Positions 35,691 through 49,650 of a stretch of DNA of 64,000 bases are shown in pieces. This DNA is from Octopus vulgaris (Eukaryota), in contig OX597834.1 in NCBI GenBank assembly GCA_951406725.2, positions 2,232,001 to 2,296,000 on the forward strand, in the 5' to 3' direction. A model generated the notes under the pieces. The model saw nothing but the letters and a program-made list of their open reading frames with translations. It made no database searches and was not told the origin of the DNA. The position numbers and the translations under genes are program-made. Within the stretch, counting starts at the first letter, position 1. Each line of letters starts with the position of its first letter.

Positions 35691-35728
<38 letters not shown>

Positions 35729-35731
35729 GAC

Positions 35732-35972
35732 CGCTGCAAATAACTGGTTTGTTACTGAGGATGACCGCTATATTTTCTCCAATTCTGATGCCTCTAATAT
35801 TCCTGGAACTATGGTGAATATATTTCATTCTGGAGAGAATCTCAGCCCATTTCTTGGCACTGTCTGACAACATTTGGCTCAAAGTGAGCTCACTGGAACC
35901 ATGCCTGGCTCTGTAGAAATTGTGGGCTCTCAGAGACCCTTCTTCAAGTGGACTGGGACAGGAATAATTCTC
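35732..35972 (-). CDS. CAP/SCP (GAPR-1/GLIPR2-like) protein, domain 1 exon A
   Basis: TTTCAG acceptor and GTCAGT donor. LRAHNFYRARHGSSELTLSQMLSDSAKKWAE...IHHS...IGENIA are CAP motifs. 241 nt, phase 0->1. Confidence 0.9.
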
Positions 35973-36059
35973 CTGAAACAAAAATATCCTCAATTTTAAT
36001 CAAACAAAACCAAAAATGAACATAAATAAGGCAACATAATGGCAGAATCGCCCCACCCC

Positions 36060-36305
36060 CCTCCATCATCATCATCATCATCATCACCACCACCACCACC
36101 ACCACCACCACCACCACCACCATCATCATCACCACCACCACCACCACCACCACCACCACCACCATCATCATCACCACCACCACCACCACCACCACCACCA
36201 CCACCACCACCATCATCATCACCACCACCACCACCACCACCACCACCACCACCACCACCACCATCATCACCACCACCACCACCACCACCACCACCATCAT
36301 CATCA
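36060..36305. repeat. Compound (CCA)n/(TCA)n trinucleotide array
   Basis: Direct reading; produces the spurious poly-P/G/V ORFs. Confidence 0.95.
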
Positions 36306-37033
36306 TTTTTTATGTCCGTATTTCTGGTGACTGGGAAGACCAAATTTTTCCTGAAATATTCATTCCACACACATTATAGTTGATAGACGGAGGTGGGCAT
36401 GACTGGAATCAGCAAATTTTCTCTCTTTGTCGTCTGTGCTCATTCTTTTATACAGACAGTTCTGTGACAAAGGAGACAACCTGCTTCTTGTTGCTTGGTT
36501 GATCTTTATCTCCCTCATCATAACACCATCCATAGAGGGAGGCCATTCACCGAGTCCTTTCCTGGTGCTGAGCTCTTGCTAAAAGATCTTCCAGAGAAGT
36601 TTGACATCCCTCATATGCTGTATATATCATATCCATCAAGTGGAACTTAAAAAAGCTCAATGAGGGCCTGATCAAAGAGTGAAGTGCCAGTCTGCAATCC
36701 TTTCAGTGTTGTTCAGGAAACAATCAACCCCTTTTGCTATAACCACAAAGCAGAGGAAACTGCTTGCCCTTCCCAACTAAATGAAGGTGATGGGATGATC
36801 TTCATGATGGACGTATTTAATGACGATGCTTCTCTTTGATGTTGTTGACTTTGGACTTTTCAAAGACTATTATAATGATACCGTAGTCCTCTTGGCACCA
36901 TTACATTTCAAAAACTGTTATAATGGACCAAAGTTTCTGTTGGTGAAAAGACTCAAGGATTTTGATGTTTTCACAGAAAAAGGTCCCAGCTTTACATGTA
37001 CAGAGCCTGGATGAAACGATGACAGCTTCATAC

Positions 37034-37076
37034 CTCATGGTTTGCAATGGGTACCTCTAGGATTACATCAATGTAC
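37034..37076 (-). CDS. Tentative 43-nt upstream exon of the CAP gene
   Basis: TAGCAG acceptor (weak pyrimidine tract) and GAG/GTATGA donor. (K)YIDVILEVPIANHE; phase 2->0 fits both neighbours. Confidence 0.35.
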
Positions 37077-37400
37077 CTGCTAATTGTTGAGCCAATAACC
37101 TTGTTTTGATGGTAAATAAGCCTAAATACGTTTTTCCTTAATTTCGAAAATCAACCCCCAGGATTTGTGTTTTGTACACCTATTACTTATTCTATCGATG
37201 ATGTCTTTTGTCAAACCGCTAAGTTACAGGGTTGCAAACACACCAACATCTGTCGTCAAGCGATGGTGTGTGTGGGGGACAAACACAGACACACAAATAC
37301 ACACATACATACATATACGACGTAATAATTACTTATTCTATCGATGTCTTTTGAAGGAGATTTCGCTGTTACATCTTGCAGGTCAAACAACCCTATAGAT

Positions 37401-37597
37401 CAGGGGCTCTCAACCTCTTTAATGTCCAGGCCAAATCGAAAACCTGGATTTTGGCTTGAAGCACACCAATAAAAGTAAAACACAAGTCAATTAGAGAAAG
37501 ATTTGTTGTGTCTTTAGAGGGTTAGGGTTGTTGAGGGCTGCCAGAAGGAGGCTCGAGGGCCAAATGTGGCCCTGGGGGCTGTGGTTGAGAACTTCTC
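37401..37597. mobile_element. hAT-like MITE
   Basis: CAGGGGCTCTCAACC ... GGTTGAGAACTTCTC termini with a subterminal GGGCC..ATGTGGCCC motif. Confidence 0.55.
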
Positions 37598-38410
37598 ACA
37601 TAGAAGCTGTGCGAAACTGATGAATGATTTTCTTTTTTAGTTTACAGTGAATGTCTACATAAGTGTATATTGGTGTATACATATATTTACATGTAAGTTT
37701 GTGTGTATTTATATAAATTCATATACATATATATATATCCTTATATATATATATATATGTATATGAACATATATATACATATATACATATATATGTATGT
37801 TTGTATGTATATATGTATGTGTATTTGTGTGTATATGCATGTATATGTGCATAGATGTATGTATATTTATGTGTATGTATATAGATTTGTGTGTATAGAT
37901 ACATGTAGGTATGTATGTGTGTATGTACGTATATTTGCGTGTGTGTGTGTGTCTATACCGACTGTTGTTGTTTTCCTCATCCAGCCTCATTAGATGCTGA
38001 GGGAGGCTGCATTGGTTGCGACCGGATGGTTTGACAGATGGGTGGGGTGTCATTGGATGACGGTGAGCATGTTGGATAATTAGGGGTGGGTGGGTAACAG
38101 GGGGTGAGGCGGAGGTGAGTGGGTGTGTATGGGGGTAGTAGACACTCTCACTGACAAAAAAGAATTTCTCACATAAATTAGCTGCGCAAATAGAATTTTT
38201 GACAAAATAGACTCTAGGACACACAGACAGACAAATAGACAAACACACACACACACACAGACACCCATACGTGTGTCTGCATATATTTATATATGTGTGT
38301 ATGTGTGTGTGTGTATACATACATGTATATGCATATATATATATATATATATATGTATGCATGAGTAAAGCCAGAGACACACTAACATACGCATACATGT
38401 ACACACATAC

Positions 38411-38447
<37 letters not shown>

Positions 38448-39414
38448 AAGAGAGAGAGAGAGAAAGAGAGAGAGAGAGGCATTTAGAAAGGCACCCCGGT
38501 GAACAAAGGAATTTGGAGGAGTGAAGAGGGAGTTGGGAGTGGGGGTGGGTGGAGGAGAATTCTCATTTTAACAAAAAATATATAAAAACAAACATAAACT
38601 GTGAAAGCCCCTTCCTCCCCCCTCACACCCCTAGTTATAAGTAATGGGATCTTGGCAAGGAGCTGTATACGGTCTTTTGATTTGCTAGAGATAACAGCCA
38701 AAAGTGAACTTAAATCACAGCCAATGGTCTGACATAAGAACAGGCATGTATTTAGATTGGGTGGTTGTAAGGAGAAATGGTCATGGATGGAGAGTCTTTG
38801 ATGATGGGTACAGGGGGAATGGGAGGAGGAGAGTGTGGAGAAAGAAAGAGAGAAGGGGAGAGGCGGAGAGAGAATATCACAACTACAACTCCCTCCTCCC
38901 CCATCACTCACCGAAGACATTTTGGTGAGCTGGAAAAGGATGGGGGGGAGCCATATGTACCGGGGGAAGAGGGGTGGGGTAGGATCAGAACTCCATCTCT
39001 CCCCCACCCACCTCTTCCTCTCTCTCTCTTCTTAAACACTTGTTTCCTTTTGTTTTTTCCTCTTTCTCTTCCTCTATCTCTAATTTCTCTCTCTCCCTCT
39101 TTCTCTCCTTACTCTCCCTCTTACTCCTTACAAACACCCCCTCCTCCTCTCTATCTCTCTAACCTCCTTGTTTTTCTCCCCCCCCCTCATTAAACTAATA
39201 TTAAGCGTCACCAGTCCTAGTTTTTCTGGTTCATCCCCTCCTGTCTGTTGACACCCTTTGACATGCAATATCTAAGTAGAATGTATATTACAGTATCCAT
39301 GACTTCAAAGAGATTTAGCTGCTATTTTTGGCAGGCTAAGCTGCTGCATAGAGGCTTCTAATAATAATGATGATAATAATAATAATGACAATAATAATAA
39401 TAATAATAATAATA

Positions 39415-39452
<38 letters not shown>

Positions 39453-40580
39453 AATAACACTGATAATAATAATAATGATCCTTTCTATTATAGGCACAAG
39501 GCCTGTAATTTTGGAGGGATGGGATAAGTCGACCAAACTGACCCCAGTATTTAACTGGTACTTATTTCAGTGACCCAAAAGGAGGGAAAGCAAAGTCGAC
39601 CTTGCTGGAATTTGAACTCAGAATATAAACAATCAAAATGAAATACCACAAATCTCTAACAATTCTGTCAGCTGCTTTTAATAAGGGCAGTAGTTATTAG
39701 GGGTTTGGGGCTTAATCAACTATATGCAGACTTCATACTTTAAGATAAAAGCATGTATTTTGACTGCTATTTCTAGTGGGAGTTGCTTCTTAGTTTGTTG
39801 TTTGTTGTTGTTGATGATGGTTCTGGTGGTGGTGGTGGTGGTAGTGGTGGTGGTGGTGATGGTGGTGGTAGTGGTGATGGTGGTGGTGGTGGTGGTGGTG
39901 GTGGTAGTGGTGGTGGTGGTGATAGTGGTGGTGGTTTCTATAAGACAGCAAGACCAACCAGTTCCACTGAAGAAACTTTGAAATCGAAGAAGAGGAAGAA
40001 ACTTTGGAACATTTCAGTGTTTTGGGGGAGAAGCACTGAGGAAGGAAACTGCCAAGGTGGACGTGGCCCTAAAGTACAACAATTATAAGATGGTTGGAGA
40101 ACTGATGAGAGGAGGTGGTTGGAGAGAGGGTGGGTATGTAGGGTGGCAGGGAGAGAGAAGATGAAACTGACTGAAAAGTGATGGAATCGGGGGTTAAATG
40201 GTGAAGTCTATGGGGAGAGGGGGAAGGACAATTGGGTGAGGTAATAGGAAAACAAGAGAGGGGAACCAAAGAGGGGGGGACAGAGAGAGGCAGGGAGAAA
40301 TTAGATAACGTGCCTATCACCATCATTGCAATCCTTGTAACATCCACTTTTCCATGTTTACAAGGGTCAGATGGAATTAACTGAGGCAAATGTTCAACAG
40401 CCGGATGCTCCCCCTGTCTTCAACCCTCACCTGTTTACGAGCAATGGAATATTTCCCCCATCACCAGACAAGTGTTTCAAAGAAGATTGGAAACGAAGGA
40501 CATTGCTTGTAGGTTGGTGACACTCATTTACAGCTATCATCCAATATCAAAACAAGGAGATAACACTTACACACACACAC

Positions 40581-40621
<41 letters not shown>

Positions 40622-40624
40622 TAT

Positions 40625-40780
40625 GTCTTTGAGATTAGAGTTTGCATCACCAGCCTGGAACCCTTATCTTGCTCAGCATATCAATCTCCTGGAAACTGTT
40701 CAGAAACGTGCAACAAAACGAACACCTGCCATCAGGCATCTCCCATCCTCTGAATGTCTTGCAACTCTGGGCATGTCTAG
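40625..40780 (+). mobile_element. CR1-like LINE fragment (same family as 7023-7700)
   Basis: LEFASPAWNPYLAQHINLLETVQKRATKR. Confidence 0.8.
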
Positions 40781-41650
40781 TTTGACATATACATATTATA
40801 TACACCCATCAACAAACATAAATACATATACACACGTACACTCACAAACACACATATACACTCCCACAGACATATACATACCCATATGCACACACAAATA
40901 TACACACACATTCTGGGAGATAAACAGACAGACACAATGAAGAATTTCAATGAAAACTTGTTGAAAACTGACCTTAAGTTGAGATGGTCCCAGTTGTGTA
41001 CCCCAGGGATCAGAGGTCACAGGTAATCCTTGAAGTTTCAGGGGTAGCATAATTCAGAACAGGCTGCAGGTAGATCCTGGGTATGTATGGCGGTACGTGG
41101 GTAGAAAATGAGAGTTAGAGGGTGAAATATAAGGGTGTGTTTAGGTGAAAGAGGTGGACAACCATGAGGGTGGTTGTGTATTAAGGGTAGATAAATATTT
41201 AGGACAGACAGACAGGTAGATGTGATGAATGTGTTAGTGTTCGGTAGCCCTGGGTCAGCCCTGATCCTGCAGCACTGTCGTCGAAGGATCTCCAACCGCG
41301 ACCATCCTGTCTTAATCCAATCAGGTGCTGTCTTTAGAACTGTTTTGTTGCTCAATTTTGCTGTTTCTGTCTTGCCAAGACAGCAAGATGTGAGTGGTGT
41401 GAGGGAGATTCGGCTGTTATTTCTAGTATGGAGGGTGACCACGTAGAGGGCTTCCAACTGGTGACCACCACTACACAAATATTTGTATACGAAGAAAGAG
41501 AAGATGAGAGGCAGAGAGAGAGAGAGAAAACAACAAAACACGAAGAGGAGATAACTCTGAGTCAGTGGTTGGGGAGGGGGAGTAGAGGTGAGAGAGAGAG
41601 AGAGAGAGAGAGGGAGTAGTGAGAGAGATAGCTAATGAGTGAATGGGAGT

Positions 41651-41690
<40 letters not shown>

Positions 41691-42200
41691 GGTGGAAACA
41701 GCTGTGTGCCCCTAATCCACCCATTCACACTATATTTCCTCAACAAATTGTATACACACACACACACACACACTAACATATCCATATGCCTTCCTATCTC
41801 TCTCTCTCTCTCTCTTCACACACACACACACACGTATGTATGAATTTATATATGTGTCTATGAATATGTATGTATGTATATATATGTTCATATGTGTGTG
41901 TGTATATATATATATGATATGATATATGAGAGATAAATTGATGAGATGGTAAATGTTTGAATATAATTTGCATATTTACACTACTCACACACACACATAC
42001 ACCCACCCACACACATACACCCACCCACACATATCCTCACACTTAAAAGTTCATGCTAATAAATGTATGTCATTAACATAAACTGTTGCATTTGTCATTG
42101 TTGTGTGTGGGAGTCTGTACACGAGCACACACACACACACACACACACATACATCTATATATATAGATATACACGTACACACTTATACACACACACGTAC

Positions 42201-42313
42201 TTTATAATCCGGTGGTGGTGAGTTGCTCTCCTTTGTTCGAGAAGTGTCTCACTGACATTTAAAGTGAAAAGACTGAAGCTAACAACAAACAATAGGACAT
42301 CCTGTACAGAGAA
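42201..42313 (-). CDS. Tentative upstream exon of the CAP gene with signal-peptide-like hydrophobic stretch
   Basis: CCTCCCCTCTGCAG acceptor (alternative start at 42301) and AA/GTACGT donor. [37 protein letters not shown], ends phase 2. A unique island between microsatellites; no start codon found. Confidence 0.4.
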
Positions 42314-42407
42314 CTGCAGAGGGGAGGACGTGTGTGTGTGTGTGTGTGTGTATATAAATAAACATATACATAATACATATATATATATACATATGCATAT
42401 ATATATA

Positions 42408-42439
<32 letters not shown>

Positions 42440-42580
42440 AATATATATACGTATGTATATGTATATATACATATATATATATGTATGTATGTATGTATGT
42501 GTATGAATATATATATATGTATATATATATATATGTATGTATATATATATATAAGTGTATATATATATATACACACTTAT

Positions 42581-42611
<31 letters not shown>

Positions 42612-42738
42612 CACTATACAAATGTATTTTCAAAAAAACTTTCCTTTTAATTTTCCAAAATTTAATTGTTTTCTATACTTACCTCAATGACTGAAACTGG
42701 TGCTGAAATGTTTTTTTATAAAATTATTTTACCATTTT

Positions 42739-42783
<45 letters not shown>

Positions 42784-42988
42784 TATATGTATATGTATAT
42801 GTTTATATGGCTGTTGCGGTCCAGGCTCTGGTTGTTTGTCTGTCTGCATGTTTGTGTATGCATATGTATAAATACATATATATGAGTATACATACGTGCA
42901 CACACACATAAACACTCTGTCCAACCCATAGCAGTACAGATCATGGATCTTAAATGATGATTATATATATAAGTATATATAAATATAC

Positions 42989-43021
<33 letters not shown>

Positions 43022-43357
43022 ATGTATTTATATATATATATATATATACATACATACATATATATATAATTATATATATATATATATGTATCATCATCAT
43101 CATCATTTAGCATCCGCTTTCCATGCTAGCATGAGTTGGACGGTTCAACTGGGGTCTGTGAAGCTGGAAGGCTTCGTCAGGCCCAGTCAGATCTGGCGGT
43201 GTTTCTACGGCTGGATGCCCTTCCTAACGCCAACCACTCCGTGAGTGTAGTGGGTGCTTTTTACATGCCACCTGCACAGGTGCCAGACATATATGTATGT
43301 ATATATTTATACATATATTTATGTATATATAATTATATATATATGTATGTATGTATG

Positions 43358-43394
<37 letters not shown>

Positions 43395-43399
43395 TTTTT

Positions 43400-44625
43400 T
43401 TTTCTCTAGTTTCAGCTCAAAGCTGCGGCCATGCTGATGCACTGCCGTTTTGTGCTACACTGTTATTACGACCAACCTCGTCTAATATGTAGCACTTGGT
43501 GAAGAATGGAATTTGACATAGCTACTCTCATTTGCACCTCTTGCCGTGAGGTAGGTTCATCTGGGACTCTCGACAGGAAGATGTCCAGCTTTGATTTAAA
43601 AACCCCTACATCTACTTTGTGCAAGTTCCTCAGACTCTTTGGGAGAATATTAAAAAGCTGTGGGCCCTTGAAACCCAGGCTATTGCAATAGCTGGTCCTG
43701 AAGCGTGATGGCATTGCTGGGATCTTTGGCACTATGCAGTGTCGTCCCGTTCTAGCATTGGTGTAGCTTGCAATGCCAAAATTTGGCACAATTCCTTCCA
43801 GACATATATTACTGCATACCTCTCCCGTCTTCTCTCCAGGGAGTAGAGTCTTAGCTGTTTCAAACTTTCCCAGTAGCTGAGCTGTTGCAAAGAGACGATC
43901 TTCTTTGTGAATCTTCTCTGGATTGCTTCAAGGTCCGCTGTTAATTTTACACTGGTGGGTGACCATAGCTGTGAGCAGTAATCCAGGCGGCTGAGGACGA
44001 ATGTCTGCCAGAGGACCACTATGGTTTTCTTATCTCTGGTTCTGAATGTTCTTAGGATCTACCCAGCCAGTTGTCTGCACTTTGTTGCCATCCTGGCAAT
44101 GTGCACTTGGAAAGAGGTATCATCACTCATGTCGATACCCAGGTCCCTCACAGACTTAGGCTCTGGGATTGAAATTCCCTGTGGACCGGTGTATCCTGTA
44201 AGTTTAATATTCACTTTTGGATGCTGGTAGTGCAGGGCCTGGAATTTTCCAGCATTAAACTGCATATTATTATCCTCAGCCCATCTGTAGATTGAGAACA
44301 ACTCCTGCTGCAGTTGTGCAACATCGCTGGGGTTCTGCATTTTCTGCGAGACTTTCGTATTGTCTGCGTAGCTGGCCAGAGTGGCTATCTGGGCATTTGA
44401 GAGCATTTGAGAGGGCCACTATAAAAAGCAGTGGTCCCAAGACAGTGCCCTGTGGAACACCGCTCACTATTTGTGTGTTCATAGAGATGGCTCCATTAAC
44501 CACTACTGCCTGACTCCTATCTTTCAGGAAGTCATGTAACCACACTCCAAGTTTTCCAGCTATGCCGAGGTCACGCAGTTTGTGGCATATCATACCATGA
44601 TCCACCTTGTCAAAAGCTTTTGCAA
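43400..44625 (-). mobile_element. CR1/L2-group LINE, RT region to 3' end
   Basis: FAKAFDKVDH, GVPQGTVLGPLLF, YADNTK, RDLGIDM, SRLDYCSQLWSP, LYSLERRRER; 3' stem-loop tail at 43405-43447. Confidence 0.9.
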
Positions 44626-44667
44626 AATATATATAAATATATACATACATACATATATATATATATA

Positions 44668-46056
<1,389 letters not shown>

Positions 46057-46148
46057 GATATGATCTGAATGATATGATATATATGTAAAAAATGTAATAT
46101 ATAAATAAATATCTATAAATATGAACCATCCGATCTGATTACCTCATT

Positions 46149-46159
<11 letters not shown>

Positions 46160-46180
<21 letters not shown>

Positions 46181-47320
46181 CGCATATATATATGTATATG
46201 TATATATATTTCTTTATTGCCCACAAGGGGCTAAACATAGAGGGGACAAACAAGGACAGACAAAGGGATTAAGTCGATTACATCGACCCCCCCCACCCAG
46301 TACGAAACTGGTACTTTATTTGTCGACCCCGAAAGGATGAAAGGTAAAGTCGACCTCGGCGGAATTTGAACTCAGAACGTAACGACAGACGAAATACTGC
46401 TAAGCATTTCGCCCGGCGCGCTAACGAGTCTGCCAGCACGCCTATGTATATGTATATATACATACGTATATGTATATATACATACGTATGTATGTTTATT
46501 TATGTATATCTATATATATATACATATATATGTATGCCAGCACCGCCTCGTCTGGCTTCCGTGCCGGTGGCACATAAAATACACCAATCCGACCGTGGCC
46601 GTTGCCAGCCTCGCCTGGCACCTGTGCAGGTGGCACGTAAAAAGCACCCACTACACTCACGGAGTGGTTAGCGTTAGGAAGGGCATCCAGCTGTAGAAAC
46701 ATTGCCAGATAAGACTGGAGCCTGGTGCAGCCTTCTGGCTTCCCAGATCCCCGGTCGAATCGTCCAACCCATGCTAGCATGGAGAACGGACGTTAAACGA
46801 TGATGATGATGATGATGATGTATATATACATACATATATGTATATATACATATATGTATGTTTATTTATGTATATATATACATATATATATATGTTTATA
46901 TACATATGTATATATACATATATATGTATATATACATATAAATGTATATATACATATACATATGTATATAAACATATATATATATGTATATATATACATA
47001 AATAAACATACATATATGTATATATACATATACGTATGTATATATACATATACATAGGCGTGCTGGCAGACTCGTTAGCGCGCCGGGCGAAATGCTTAGC
47101 AGTATTTCGTCTGTCGTTACGTTCTGAGTTCAAATTCCGCCGAGGTCGACTTTACCTTTCATCCTTTCGGGGTCGATAAATAAAGTACCAGTTTCGTACT
47201 GGGTGGGGGGGGGGTCGATGTAAACGACTTAATCCCTTTGTCTGTCCTTGTTTGTCCCCTCTATGTTTAGCCCCTTGTGGGCAATAAAGAAATATATATA
47301 CATATACATATATATATGCG

Positions 47321-47345
<25 letters not shown>
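46160..47345. repeat. Large inverted duplication containing two family-A SINEs (46210-46443 minus; 47055-47291 plus)
   Basis: The arms are near-identical, including the flanking microsatellite interruptions (TATACGCATATA / TATATGCGTATA). Confidence 0.92.
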
Positions 47346-47352
<7 letters not shown>

Positions 47353-47364
47353 AATATATGTATG

Positions 47365-47870
47365 TATAGTAGGAATAACAGCTAAATCTTTCTCGAACAA
47401 AAGGGCCTTATAAAATGTGATGTAGGTAAGGCTTTGCCGCAATGCTTTTGATCAAAGGTCAAGTGGATAAAAACTAACCTGGGCCTAGGGCTAAACACCA
47501 AAAAAGGAAATATTTGCATTAGATAATGTAGTCCGAGGTACACCATGCCAAAACAATGGAATAGGTTTGGTCACAGCTGTAACAAGTTTCGTTGCAGGTT
47601 TGTTGAACTGGCAACTGACCCAGAGTTAAACAGCAAGGGAGTGTATATTAGATTATGTAGTCCTAGATACATAATGCCTGAATAAAAGACAGACATGTCA
47701 CAGCTGGAGCATTTCTTGATCAATGGCTTGCTAGATCCAAACTGACCTAGGGCTAAACAACAACAGAGGAAGATACATTAGACAATGTAGTCCCGATGGG
47801 ATGGTCACAGATGGAACATCTTTTATCATAAATCTGTCTGGATCAGGACTTATGTGGAGATACCACCACC
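47365..47870 (+). repeat. About four tandem ~130-bp units of a dispersed repeat
   Basis: ATTAGATAATGTAGTCC...GTCACAGCTG...CTGACC.AGGGCTAAACA recurs; single copies at ~19800, 50190 and 63850 (minus). Confidence 0.7.
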
Positions 47871-48351
47871 ACCACCGGGATCCTTATGTTTAGAAAGAGT
47901 TATTGCCACCCCTTCCCCGTCCCCTCTATTCTTAGAGTTCCTTCAGTTTTTCTAAGCCCTGTAAAAGAACTCAGAAGGCTGGACCTGCAGCTAGGCCTTC
48001 TGCGATACCCTTAAAGCCAGGAACTTCTCAGCAGCCCCTCATATATATATCTATAAAATACTTTAACATTACTCAATATGATTTCAAGTTCTGTAAACAG
48101 ATGTTTTAAGCTTTCTCAAATTTTTAAACTGATTTAATCAATTTATTTGTATCTCTGATGAAAGAAATGCAACAATTTGTATCAGTTGGAAAACTCGTCC
48201 GATACAAATGCACTTCTCAAAAAAAAGTTTTGTAATACTGCTTTTCTTTGGATTGTAAAACTGGAGCGCTTGAAACCTAACATCTTGATGAATTTTTTAT
48301 GTATTTTGTTTTCCAATGATAAAGGAACTTGACTTACAAAAATCTGTCATC

Positions 48352-48720
48352 CACTTTGAGTTAGCTTGCTAACCAACCACATGGTTCCGGGTTCAGTCCC
48401 ACTGCATGGCATCTTGGGCAAGTGTCTTCTGCTATAGCCCTGGGCCGACCAATGCCTTGTGAGTGGATTTGGTAGACAGAAACTGAAAGAAGCCTGTCGT
48501 ATATATGTATATGTATGTGTGTGTGTTTGTGTTTGTCCCCCTAGCATTGCTTGACAACCGATGCTGGTGTGTTTACGTCCCCATCACTTAGCGGTTCGGC
48601 AAAAAGAGACCAATAGAATAAGTACTGGGCTTACAAAGAATAAGTCCTGGGGTCGATTTGCTCGACTAAAGGCGGTGCTCCAGCATGGCCGCAGTCAAAT
48701 GACTGAAACAAGTAAAAGAG
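48352..48720 (+). mobile_element. SINE family B copy
   Basis: Near-identical to the reverse complement of 28901-29285. Further partial copies at ~13850, 17980, 19940, 21090, 33830, 52380 and 54225. Confidence 0.88.
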
Positions 48721-49526
48721 TATACATATGAGAGGCTTCTTTCAGTTTCTGTCCAAGAAATCCACCCAGAAAGCTTTGGAGCTGTACCAGAAGACACTTA
48801 CCAAAGGTGTCTCACTGTGTGACCGAAATGCAGCACTTCATCCGGTTCTGCATGTTCTGAGTTCGTATCCTGTCATGGTCATCTTTGCCTTTCGTCCTTT
48901 CACGTTCGATAGATGTGGGGGAACCAATTAATCGATCTGCCCCTCCCCTCAAAACTGATGGTCTTGAATCCTGCAATGGACAGGTGTCCCATTCATGGAG
49001 TATGTTGTGATCTTGGTCGTTTATTTGTTTTTGGCCACAAGTGTTTTAGGGTTTAAGAAAAAAAAAACCCTTCAACCAAAAAGAGGGAGATGAGTGGTTG
49101 TGTCTCTGCAACACCCACCTCTGTCCTTATAAGAAAGAAAACTCTGAAAGTGGCAGTTCTTTTTTTTCTTCTTTGTTGTAAATGGACCTGGTACCCAACT
49201 ATAATGACAATGACCCTTTTTCTCACACCTTTCTCATATAACCTCATGTGGTACCTTTTATGTACCAGATGCAATAGATTTTAGGGAAGGAAGTTTGGCA
49301 TTTTAAATGCACACTGTTGTTGATCTCTTTTTCTATCTCCTTTCACAAGACATGTGAAGAACCCTGTTTGTCTTAATTCCTTCAGACATAATATAAATAC
49401 CTAAGTTTGTCAGACACAAACTGTAATACACAAAACATGTAACCCCAAAAGGACATATTTAATCTCCTTCTGTTGACATCGTTGGGGTGTTTTAAACAAC
49501 TTTATTCCTATTTTATTAACAAAGGT

Positions 49527-49650
49527 CATAGGATGGGCCTTCTCACAGGGTACTTGCCACAGGACAGACCTTCTTTTGGGGTACTTGACATAGAATGGAC
49601 CTTCTTTTGGGCTACATGACATAGGAGGGACCTTCTTATGGGGTACTCTT
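49527..49650. repeat. ~31-bp minisatellite, four units
   Basis: CATAGGATGGACCTTCTTTTGGGGTACTTGA-like units. Confidence 0.75.

Noticed and set aside
35944-36383. Poly-Pro/Gly/Val ORFs
   Set aside because: Artefacts of the intronic (CCA/TCA)n array.
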